Assembly (NCBI GenBank): GCA_043228905.1
Contig: JBHGNT010000008.1
Location: 16,368,001-16,432,000 of the forward strand
Source: Azolla caroliniana
Taxonomy: Eukaryota; Plantae; Polypodiophyta
Direction: 5' to 3'
Length of the DNA stretch: 64,000 bases
Part shown: piece after piece, positions 39,526 through 51,100 of the stretch
How positions within the stretch are numbered: the first letter of the stretch is position 1
Layout: every line of letters begins with the position of its first letter
Made by a program: the position numbers and the translations under genes
Notes under the pieces: model-generated
Database searches by the model: none
The model's input: the letters and a program-made list of their open reading frames with translations, nothing else
What the model was told of the DNA's origin: nothing

Positions 39526-42500
39526 ATGCACACACTCGAAAAAGGCGCCAGAATGCACAAACAAAAACCACTGCACATAGAGACCCTTTACTTTCGCGAA
39601 CCCAGGAGCACAGAAGCACCAAGACGCTGCAAGATCATCAGACGAGAACCTGCGCACAGAGAACCCCCGCCTTCTGAACTCTCTCTCTCTCAACCTCACT
39701 CTCATCACCATCCAACCTCGCCACCGCAATCCGACCTCGACACAGAAATGGACCCGCAAACGTTGTCGGAAGCTGCCAAGACATGGCTAAAGCAACACGG
39801 GCTAGAGGGCTTCTTGATGATGATGGAAGTACCGCCACACAAAGAAGCCGACAAAGTGATCAAAGAAATCGACACAGAGGTCATAACGGCAGAGGCGATT
39901 CGAGCGTTAACAGGCCTTTCGGAGGGAGGCATACTCACGATCGACAATCCAACCCCGGAGCAACTCATCAGGTATTTTGGTGAGTATTCTCTAGCCAGCA
40001 AGGGCTACCGGACACAGGGCGGCGGAGACATGCTATTTCGCGAGATTGCTCGTGTGCTCCACGAGTATGGCCACGTGTACCCTAGACCCCTTGTCATGCT
40101 GCAGAACCGGGTAGGGATGATAATTGCCACCTATGAAGGGATCAAGGTGGATTGGCCCGTATTGATCGTAGACGGGTTATGTGCGGCCATCGAGATCGTC
40201 AGAGGCAAAGACGGCAAAGAAGGCTGAGACGGACGAAGGATATGGCACGCCGTAACACAGTGGCTCACCTTGCTTGTGCCACCCGTCCAGCCCGTCCGGC
40301 CCAAGAAGCGAGGAAGAGTGGCGGACGGCACCCCAAAGACGGCTTCCAAACGACAATAGCTGTTGGCCTCTAAGGCCACTAAGGGAAAGGCGGCGGATGC
40401 AGAACAAGCGGCAGCAAGAAGCGGCAGCCGGAAGCGCCCAACGGAGGCGTAGGAGGAACCACCGGCACGGCCCGTAAAGGTTACACTCCGCCGACCAGTG
40501 AATAGAGAAGCGGACCCCTTGGCGGCAAAACTCAATGTCGGGGCTTAGGAAGAGGAAATAGAGGAGGAGCCTACGGAGCACCTCCAGCGACGGTTGTCGG
40601 CAAGGACCGTTGAGGCAGCAGGGAAACGTTCGGAACCTTAGACGGAGGGAACACCGGCTCCCCATACTGAGACTCCCACGCCAAGGAAGGAACCGGAACC
40701 GGTGCGCATGGCACCGGAAACAGAAGCCCCGGCGCCACCGACAACACCGGCAAGTCCCATCCCGCCAGAGCCGGAAAGGTCAATGCAGCCTCCCTCGGTC
40801 AGCTAAGAAGAAGCGCAAGGGGAACCAGGACAGTAGGGTGGTCCACGGGCAGAAACAGAACTGCAACTCGGCGCAACCAGGCGGGACCACCCCTCTACAA
40901 GTGAGCCCATCTGTCAAACCTTCGTGCAAGCACAACAAGGCACCGGTAGCCTGTGGCTCCGGTGGATAGGTGAACAGATAGCCGGAGTAGTGGGGTATAT
41001 TGAGGCGGAAGAAAGAGCGCAAAGCGAACGGTTGCTCGTCACAACCGAACAACTAGAGACGGCCCGGTCCAGAATCCGGTGCCTTGAAAAAGACTTGGAT
41101 CAGGTCACGACAGAGATGGCCAAAATGGCCTTAACGGCAACACAGATCCAATCACCGGTGACTCCGGTAAGTGTACAGAATAAAGAAACGGAACGACTTG
41201 TATATAGCAATAAGACCCCGGCAACGGAAACCGTTCCGGCGAGAGATGCGGCGCAAGCCCAAGAGCTTGCGGAATTGAGAGATGAACTTGCCGCACAAGA
41301 AACGCTAAGGAGTCATGAACGAGAATTGAAGATAGCGGCCGAAGCCGAATTATAGAAGACTGCTGAGAACCTCCGCCGAGTAGAGGAGAGCCTCCGGAAA
41401 GGCCATCAAGTGTATGACCGGCTAAAGGAGGAGAAAGACAAAGTGCTGCAGGAAAAGGACAAGCTGCGGAAAACGGCGGAAACAGAGATTGAACGGCTAA
41501 AGGAAGAGCTCCGCCAGCAGAAGGACCGCGAGGACCGGGCCCGTCGCTAGATCAACGCACGGCTCAAGCAAAAGACAGATGATTTTGAGTACCTGCACCG
41601 GGACTACAAACAGCTGGAAATGGAGCATAAAGAACAGATGGCCGAGCTCTAGCAGGTAGTTGATCGGGCCGTGACGGCGATCGCCGACGAACATGCGGAA
41701 AATACAAGACGCTTGGACGAGGCGGAGAAGGTCCGGATGGAGCTCCAGAGGCAGCAACAGGAAGACAAAGAGAGAGCGTCAACAGTATTGGAGAAATTAC
41801 AAAGCGCATATCAAAGGCAATTGACGCATTACAAGGCGCAGGCAGAGGACAACGTCAAAATCATCAAACAACTGAAGGAGGAACGACAAGCGGCGGAAAC
41901 CAAATCGCAATTGGGAACGAGCTGGATTCAGTCCATCCTCCGGGCATGGCTGAATTAGAAAAAACACTTGATTGATAAAAGCTCCGTAAAATGGTGGACA
42001 AAGTGGGCACAAAACGCGGCGGAACTCCAGTTGCTATGGGCAGATGTGGCAAACCGGCGGAAGGAAGGAGATGATTGTTATACGTTGACTTCCGAGGACT
42101 TCACCGCCATACGGGACGAGCTGGCCGACGACTTCCAAGTCCTAGCAGATGAACAGCTGGCACAGGTTAGGCAGCTTGTAGCTCAGCTAGACGATGATAG
42201 GCTGGACTCTCAAATCCAGTTTGAAAGCTACGAGCGGTCCCGGGTTCGGGAAGAAAAAGCACGGGAAGCGGCAACGGTTAACCTTAGTGATGAGGAACCG
42301 TCGCCGGCTGAGGGCCAGCCGGGAACCAGTCAACCGGAGACCACTACGACGCAGGGAGCAACGACGGAGACGCCAGTGTCAGAGCAACAAACGGAGGAGC
42401 AGCCGCAACAGCCACCAACGGACCCGCCGCAGTAGACATCAACAGAGCAGCAGCAACAACAACAACAACCACTTCCAGAAGAACCATTGGAGCCTCTCGA

Positions 42501-42534
42501 ACAAAGCATTCTGGACATTTTGGACGAACAATAG
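39526..42534 (+). pseudogene. Extra Gypsy ORF3, about 1000 codons in one frame: globular N-terminus, low-complexity linker, long coiled coil
   Basis: The ORF pieces at 39526, 40924, 41671 and 41968 share one frame, broken only by about ten in-frame point stops. It ends TAG at 42534, 55 bp before the 3' LTR. Confidence 0.8.
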
Positions 42535-43023
42535 CAAGGGTCGGTTGTGGATTCGACGTACAAGGTACTGTCCCACGGGCGTGCCATGTGTTACCGGCCG
42601 TCAAAGGAGTCCAGAGTGGGAAACGGAGAGTTATTTAAGTAGTAGGAATGTGGTTGTAATTAAGCTATGAGTGTGGACGAACGGACCGGAAACGGTATGC
42701 CGTTCCGGATCCGGACCGATCCCGAACAGGTGCGGATGGCACCGTTTTGTAATACAGACCGGAAACCTATTTAAAGGCCCGGATACAATGTAATCAATAG
42801 CGGTTAATTAATGAAAGCTTAAGCGTTGTTATCTCTCTGTGTTAATTGCCGTTCTGTCTTAATTGTTAGATCTTACGCGTGTGTTATGAAAGACGATCAT
42901 AATAAGTAACTTAATTTAGTAGGATTAAGCGTTGAGGCAGATCCGGTTGCCGTAACACCCTTTGGGGAAGTGTCTTCCGTAGACACCCTGTGTTAGGCCA
43001 TTGTCCGGCCCTAAGAGTTAACA

Positions 43024-43370
43024 AGTGCCTCATGATATAATCCAGGCAGAGATGGGAGCATTATTCCAATCAGTGATCTATATCTAATGGCTTTGAGAGG
43101 TCCCTAAACAAATGTTCTCAAGATTGACACTTACGTCAACAAAACAACTTGCTGAACATGGAGACACTCCTTGCTTGTATGTTGAAATGGGACAATGGTT
43201 TGAGTCACATGGCATAAGCATAAATGCACTTCCCTTGTTCCAATATAGCTTGGATTTCCCCATCTAAACATGACCAAAGTGGAAAAGAATAGAGTGATCC
43301 GAACCGATAAAATGGAGCAACCCCAAAATACCACTTGGTAGGAAGATGAGCCACTATAAGAGACACTTTT
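43024..43370 (+). mobile_element. RTE-like LINE remnant, right half
   Basis: PHDIIQAEMGALFQSV..KQLAEHGD..WFESHGISINALP continues the 32790-33035 reading. Confidence 0.55.
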
Positions 43371-43479
43371 TACACACATCAGAGGATGGGTTTATCATCA
43401 AGCCCTTGTCATCAACAGATAAGGCACGTTTTACACACATCGACAGATGGATTCATCATCAAGACCTTGTCATCAACAA

Positions 43480-44859
43480 TCCGGATTTTTCCGAATCGGC
43501 GTGCTTCTTCCAGCACTTGCTTTCCCTGTGGCCCTTTTTACCATAGTACTAGCATTCTGTGTCGGCCTTTGCTTGCCGGCCTTCGGCGCCGCCTTGATTC
43601 CCCTTGCTTGTGGAGGGTCCGGAACGGCTGTCGGCACGTTCTCTGTGCCTTTGGTCCTGCTCTTGCCGGCCGCTACCATTGTGAGCCGATCCGCCTCCGT
43701 GTACAACATCCAGCTGTCAGTGGGTGCACTTGTTGACACATCAACGTGGTTCTCCTCTACAAGGAGTATTGATTGTAAGTCAAAAAATGACAACGTATTC
43801 TCCCTTGTACATACTACCATTCGGAACACTCAGAACTTAGACGTTAGGCCCCCAAGACAGATCTGCACCATCTCATCTTCCTCTACAGTGACGTTGATAG
43901 AGGCAAGTGAGTCACAGATCTCTTTGATTCGGGCCGTGTAATCGGCTACCGAGATGTCCTTCTATCTGATATTGCTCAACTCCTGTCGGAGTTGCAGCTT
44001 CCGGGCCGTAGTGCTTGCCACAAAAACCTTTTTTAGGTTTCCTCAAGCTTCTTTTGGCGTCTTGGCATCTCAGACATGGCTCAATAGCTGGTCTCCGACA
44101 CTGGACGCAAAGCAGTACATCATTATGCTTGCCGCTTGTTCCCACACTGGGAAGTCCTTGTGTGCCGCATCAAGTGCTGTGTCGTTAGCTCCGTCGACAT
44201 AGTTCCAGTAACCATGCCCAAGCAAGTACTAGTGCACCTTGTATAACCAAGATGCATAGTTGGATCTGTCGAGCTTCTCCACCGGGAGCGAGCTAGCCAT
44301 TCCTTTGTCCATCACTTCTCTCTCTGTTCTTACCGGGTCTTATGGTTTTTCTCCAGATGCTAATGTCGGCTGCAGAGGTTCTCAACCCTCGCGCTCTGAT
44401 ACCATGTAAAAACAAAGGTGCGGATGCGTTAGACGACTGGCTTAGCCGGATAACAACAGAGAGAGAGAGAGAGAGAGATTAACACACAGAACGTACACAG
44501 GAGAGACAGAGAAAGAGCAGAACAACTTAAATCTATTATCAACAACTCTGTAAAATTCTCTGTACATACAACGTGCTCAACAACACTATTTATACAAGTC
44601 CTAAGAGGACTAACAGAAGTACGGTGTACTTCAAAGCTCACACGAGCGTTTCACACTAACTACGAGACATTCACTACCTAGTAGTCTAAGCTGCCACTAG
44701 GCTTCCAGTTACTGCTGGATCTAGCTAACCGGCTCCTCAGCTCACCGGATCACTTGCTCACCGGCTCACCGGCTCACCGATCCAGCTCATCCTTCCGGAT
44801 GCCGATCCGGCTCAGGCTTATTCAATCGATCCGGATCCGGTTGAGCTTGCCGCTCAACA
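43480..44859 (-). mobile_element. Truncated Copia (LTR 44405-44859, iMet PBS, gag only); same family as the 24566 element
   Basis: The minus-strand LTR starts TGTTGAGCGGCAAGCTCAA, matching 24566. PBS on the plus strand is gctctgatacca at 44393-44404. The gag peptides match those at 25107-25950. Confidence 0.88.
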
Positions 44860-45553
44860 TGACCGCCCCAATACTCCTTCACCCCGACTCAACGAAGCCA
44901 TTCATAGTGGAAACAGATGCATCAAACTTTGCTATCGGCGCTATCCTCTCATTACCCGACAATGATGGGGTACACCATCCAGAGTAGCTTACTATCCCTC
45001 TGTACTTCCCAAGCGGCAACCCGCTCGACTACCGCCCATTGAGTTGGAGTCCGAATATGAGTATGAAGTTGAAGAAATCCTCGACTCCAAGCTTCTATGT
45101 CGAAAAATCTGTTATTTGGTATGTTGGAAAGGATACCTGATTTCTGAAGCTACTTGAGAACCTCACCACCATTTGACGAATGCGGCTGAGGTAGTGATTT
45201 CCATCTTTGTTATCCACACAAGCCCGCGCCGCCTAGAAGTCGGCGCTAAACAAGGTGGATAATGTCACGTACATGACAATGATCATGTCAAGATTCAAAC
45301 TCGTGACCTCTTGTGTTATAATCAAGTGTTATGGGTTAACCACCATGTCCAATATACAATCATTGTTCTTTGGAGCTTTAAGTTAGCATCATGAGCATAA
45401 TTGCACTATTGTATTATTCACACTTGGCACATGCATGCGTACATACATGCTCTAGTGTATCACATGCTTGTCAATCGTGTCTTTGTAGCGCTTTTAGGCT
45501 TGTCGATCACATCCTTGTAGTATCCTTGTAGCTCTGATTCTTCTGTTCTTAAC
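44860..45553 (+). mobile_element. Chromoviral Gypsy remnant: RNase H fragment, chromodomain, PPT and probable 3' LTR
   Basis: [29 protein letters not shown], then EYEVEEILDS..YLVCWKGY..EP; purine tract followed by TGTCACG at 45263. The LTR end is approximate. Confidence 0.75.
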
Positions 45554-45559
45554 ACTTCC

Positions 45560-47653
45560 AGGGATAAACACTTGCTTTTGGATAATAAATGGAATCCATG
45601 TCTGAGAGATAGCCATACAAACCCCACCACGGACTTTCGTGTTGCTTAGTATGGGGGACCAAAATATGTCCTAGTTTCCAGATAGAATAGAACCATAACG
45701 AGAAGTTCTAAAAGTATTTAAATGATGTTATTGTATTAAAAGAAAATCTAGGGATCCACCCACTACACATTTATTAATTTCTTGATGGAGATGATGTTTG
45801 TATTGTGTGTATAAGGAGCCCCTTAACCCTTGAGCATTCCATGACATCACTCACATTTAAGGAAACTTAGGTTGTTGTGACACCATTTTCATGTTTTTCG
45901 TTAATAGCTCCAGATTCACCTCATTGCCATCTTGCTCATTACTTATCAAACATGATAAAGGTATCATATCACGTACCATTCTATAATGATGATGAGCTTT
46001 AGCCAATACTTGCCCTTCCAATAACCCATTCTCATGAATATAAGTATATCCACAATTTGGAATGATCTTAGAATCTAAGGAGACAACCACCTTTCTCCGC
46101 CCCATCACATTAGACACCGGCAAAAGTTGCATAGTTGTTGTCTCAAGTTCCCTTAACATTACTTCCCCAAAGTTGTCACAATTAACATATTTTGGGAAAT
46201 GTAGTGTTTGATGTATAACAGTCAACCGAACATTCGCTGCCACCCACGTTTGTTTATCATATCCACAAAAAGGAAAGGAAAATCCTACAAGAGATTGTAT
46301 AGACTTGAAAAGAACATGAACACGTATTGATGCATCACCATTATCAACCATGTCTCCCAAATATTTCAATATTTCAAACCCATATGTTGCATTCCATCTA
46401 GTGACTACAAAATCAAAAGTATTTTCTACTTGAGAGTTTATTGGGATTGTGAGAATGAAGTTCACATTTAACCCTCTCAAGCTAGACGATCGTTTTATAG
46501 ATCTGTGTAATGGCCGAGATGAATTAAGCAAATTCAATTTTTGTTTACTTGATACATTTGTTGTTTTACTTTGAGTGGGCATAACAAGGGTATTGACTGA
46601 TTCAGTCTCTTCTCCACTTGGAATAAATTGTTAGAAACATTACTAATTTGGCATATTTGAACATCATTTTGAGACAAAGAGTTGTCTAATTCATGTAAGG
46701 CATCATAACAACCTACACTTACATGAGCACCCTTAGATTCTATGCTCTTGTTAGGTATTGAATGTCGCTTTTCAATTGGTCTCCACATCTCATCCTTGGA
46801 GAGTTGAAATTTTTTCCCCTTATCATCCTTGGAGTGTTGGAGATTTTTCCCTTTCTCAGTTTCCTCAACTAGATGTGATTGTTGACTCTTATCTAGGTTA
46901 ACATCGTTGACATTTGTATGAGCATTAATTGTACCATTCTGGGGTTCGAATCCCTTCTTCTTTTTTAGGCAATCTTTCAGTACATGCCCTTTCTATTTGC
47001 AATAAAAACATTGTCCAAGCATACCCGACATACTCCAAATTTTGCATGAACATCGAATTCGTGATGAGTGATTGTAAAAGTACATGAGTAGGTAAATTTT
47101 CCATTGAGGGAACTAATATTCTAATTGATGGGTATCCTTTTAGCTTCGTTTCTAATGCCTCCTCACGAGGAGGAAGAACTATGTAGATTCTTGTTGTAAT
47201 TGATGGGAGTACAACCATGTATTCCTTAGGATTCTCGGGAAAACCACGGAAATCGAGGTCAAACGATGCCTTGAATTCAGCATTCTGACGGGATCAAAGC
47301 TCAGTTTCCACGACACAAAACAAGCAATTGCAGTCCTAATATTAATCATATTAAAGCATTCAACATTATCGCTATGGACTCAGCCATATCCAATTCCAAA
47401 TGATAAAAGGCATGCCCAAGGAATTGAACATCAACTCTTTTTCTAATCCGATGATGAAAAGCCACTGAAGGAGATTTCTCAAATCTCCTCTATTCGGCCT
47501 TAAGCATATAACCCTACACACTATTGAATAGGAGTGCAGGCGACTTACCTCTCGTTTAAGCATAACTTCTTCCTCTGACATAAAGACAACAATGGTAGCT
47601 GATTGTGGAGGAGTTGTCGGTGGCGCTGCATCAAAGTTCCCCTAGTATAACAT
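45560..47653 (-). mobile_element. L1-type LINE 5' part (ORF1 plus start of the APE endonuclease), decayed
   Basis: ORF1-like SIVCRVICLRPNRGDLR and QNLEYVG followed by a Cys-containing segment; ORF2-type start VMSWNAQGL near 45850. Interrupted at 47654 and probably continues beyond 53040. Confidence 0.6.
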
Positions 47654-48101
47654 TGTCGTGAAGAATTTCGGCCAGAGGCGGAAACCGGGAAACATTGGCT
47701 ACATCGGCGGGGTGCTGCGTGTGTACACACCCGTGTACATTTAGTGTGAATATCGAGGGCGCCTTTATGGCGCCGAAGAGTAGTCAAGTCGGGGACAGAC
47801 GATCCCATGTAAGTCGGGATTGTCCCACATTGTAACGCATCCCCTTCCTTGTTCTATAAAAGGAAGGGAACACCCATTGTGTAAGGGTTGCCCATTTTGC
47901 ATTAGAGGGTATACCGTTAGGTTTAGAGTTAGGTTCTTCTTCGTCTCCTTCTGCGTGTTTCGCTTAGGGTTTGCTTGGTTCGGCCTCTTGTGCGAGACCC
48001 CGCTCGGCGCGACGAGCTGAGAGCTCCCCGACAACGGCTTGACAGCAGACGACTACTGTAACCTACGTCAGTCCGGCTCGACGCCGGGAATGTATTCTTC
48101 C

Positions 48102-48155
<54 letters not shown>

Positions 48156-51100
48156 CTGTGTATATTCGCGTCGTTGTTGGCGTCGAGTGCTTACCCTTTC
48201 TTGTGTTTTCTGTACATAAGGCGTGAGTCGGGTTGTGCGTGTGTGCGTGTGCGTGTGCGTGAGTCGGTGTTAAGCACTCTCTCTCTCTCTCTCTCACTCT
48301 CTCTCTCTCCCTTCAGTTGCTTCCGGTGTGTCTCTGGGATGCCCAGATACAGTGAAGCACGACTTCCTACGCTCCATCACTCTCTAGTCCATGACCCCCG
48401 TGGTCCCGCCTTTCTCCACGCACACGCGTAACAACGCGACATCTTTGGTGAACTCGACGTGAAAGGCGGCAAGGGAGGATGGAGTCGGAAGACGACGACC
48501 TTGCGGAGATGGTGGCCGAAGTGGTGTTGGAGTCGGCACGAGTGGTGATGAGGCGAGAAGCGGCGCAACAGGCGGTTGAGCGAGTGGTCGAAAGAGTCGG
48601 CCGTTTCAACGGGGACAAGGTCCCATCTTACTTGGAAGCCTACAACGCGGAAATGGAGGAGCATGGCGTAGACGAGGCGTTGAGACTGGAGTTTTTCTGC
48701 CGGGTCGTAGCTGTCCGGATGCATGCGGAAGTGAAGGAGCTCCGTGAGGCTCATAGTTCGTGGGAGGCCTTCGAAGAGGCGCTCCTGAAGGCATACGGAG
48801 GATGGCGGAAGAGCCGGGGACGACACGACTTTGACCAGTGGGTAGCATCGGCAAAGACCCACCGGGATGCGACGAAGGCATTCCGGGAGTTTGAGCGATG
48901 ACTTGCTCGGCTCCCAGAGCGGGAACAAGGTTTTGTGGGGGCGGACAAAGTCCTTTTGTTCGTCAGGTCGATCGACCGAGCGGAACGGTAAGCCATCGGG
49001 ATTGAGCTCGAAGACGATGATGGAGCGAATGGGCTTACGGAGGACTAGTCGAAGGTCAGAAGGGTGTGCCAAAGGCTAGACAACGAGCGAGCCGAGAAGG
49101 CTAAGAGGAAGGTACGCGACGGCGTGCCATCACAACGGGAAGAGGCCGAACGGGAAAGGGAGTTGGCAAGGAACGGCGTTGGGGCCAGGATTGCGGAGGT
49201 GTACGCAGCGCTCAAAGCGATGCTCGAGGAATAGGGAGGATCGAGGCCAAAAGCTGAGACCGAGGAGACGGACTTGTCCCACGCGACGGCGGAAGATCGG
49301 TACGACGATACCACGGGAGAGGGTGCGGAACGAAACGCCCTCTCGACTTGCAGAGATAGAACGGCCAAGGACGAGGCCGAGATACCGATCGCGGAATCGG
49401 AACGTTGGGACCAGTGGTTTCGGGCATGTCAGCCCGAGATCCAGTTCATTGGAGAAGCAAGCCCAGACGGGGCTTGCGCGATCAGTAAGAAAATGACCGC
49501 CGACCACGAAGAGTCGGTGGCTACAGACAAGGGCGTAAAACGGACGGGCGATTCTTTGTGTCTTCCCACACTTGCTCCCGAGACGATGGCAGTCGGGCCC
49601 GAAGTGCCCACGTGAGTCCCAAGTGGAGGAAGGCGGCGGCGAAAGGCCAAGAATCACCGACGAGACGATACGGGGAAGGAGCGGACGAAAGCCCACGGAC
49701 CCTATTCCGGAGAACTCGGCAATTGGGCCCATATGCCCATGTAAGACTGAGGAGATGGATGGCGGTACCGAGGAGTCCTGGCACGATGCCAACATAGACG
49801 GATGGGAAACGGCCTGCGAGGAGGCCGAGGACGGACACGGCACGAGGGGATCAGCATTCCGATTCGTATGGAGCAGAATCCAGTCGTGGATCGTTCGATC
49901 GGGGCCGGATTCGGCATAAAGGTGCCGATACGAAAGGGGGTGCGGGACGAGCCGCCCTCTTTTACATGGGGAGAAAGACCGACCGGGCGAAGGTCGAGAT
50001 TAGGAACGAGGATGAAAGCCGGTCCTATGTGTTGGGATTTCGGTCCCTCCGGATGGGATGTCCGGAGATGAATGACGGCAAGCCCGGAGGCTGTTACGGA
50101 ACCGTATGATGAAGAGTACCCGGCATGAAGCCGGATGAAGAGTACCCGGTTACGGAGCCGGATGCTGAAGACCCCGGTTACGGAGCCGGATGCTGAAGAC
50201 CCCGGTTACGGAGCCGGATGACGTATGTACCCGGAGAGAGATCCGGATGCGGGGACATATTTGTGAATATGTTTGCTAAGGGCCCTTGAGGCTATATTTG
50301 TAAATAGCCCGAAAGTCATACGTGTATAAATATGACTTAGGGCAAACAGTTTATGTTGTTGCTCATTTTTCTGTTTTCACTTAGAGGGAGTGAAGAGAGC
50401 AGCCAGAGAGAGAGGGAGAGAGAGAGAGACGAAGAGGTCGTTGCCTCTGTGTATTGCCGCCGCCTGTGGCGAAGACAGTGAGCACAAGGTTGTTGCCTTG
50501 TAGCTTCACCATTGTACATCCCTGTTCATAGTGATGGTTGGAGTCTGAGAACTCCCGTGGTTTTTCCCATTTAGGGTTTTCCACGTAAAATATTCTGTGT
50601 ACTCTCTCTTTCTATTGTCTCGTGCATTCTGTATTTCCTGTTTTCAAGTGTTGATCCTATTCCTCGGTTGTGGCCGAGCACTGTTTTTTCACTATGGGAT
50701 TCCTTACACCGATCCGGCTGCCGGCCCGAGTGCCGGCGTAAGTCCTATACGAGAGATTGGTGGCAACAGGAGAACGAGACTCGGAAATCCGGAGAAGGAC
50801 GATCGGACTTGGACGAGAACCGGGCGGAGCGGACTCCCGGATGACCATTCCGGGAGGGAGGAAGAGAGCAGGCCTACGAAGAGGCCGAGGACACGGTACA
50901 TCGGTACCACGAGAGAGGGTGCGGAGTAAACCGCCCTCTCGGCATGCGGAAAAGGACGACCCGAGACAGGGTCGGGAATACAAATCGGCGGCCTACGGAG
51001 GATCCTTCACACCGGTTCTAGAGACTTCGGCAGTCGGCAACGCGGTCGACATAAGACCAAGATACTGACGGTGGTGGCGGGGTGACGAAGGCTATGGGCG

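Larger units (their letters stand above)
33036..43023 (+). mobile_element. Full-length non-chromoviral Ty3/Gypsy LTR retrotransposon with an extra 3' ORF
   Basis: Two 435-bp LTRs (33036-33470, 42589-43023; TGTTA..TAACA; about 10 mismatches by hand). TSD AGTGT/AGTGC. PBS-like TGGCGACCAC after the 5' LTR. gag-pol from 33524. Confidence 0.95.

Noticed and set aside
45857-46582. 241-aa ORF as a host gene
   Set aside because: It lies between LINE ORF1-like sequence and the SWNAQGL endonuclease start, so it is best read as LINE sequence.
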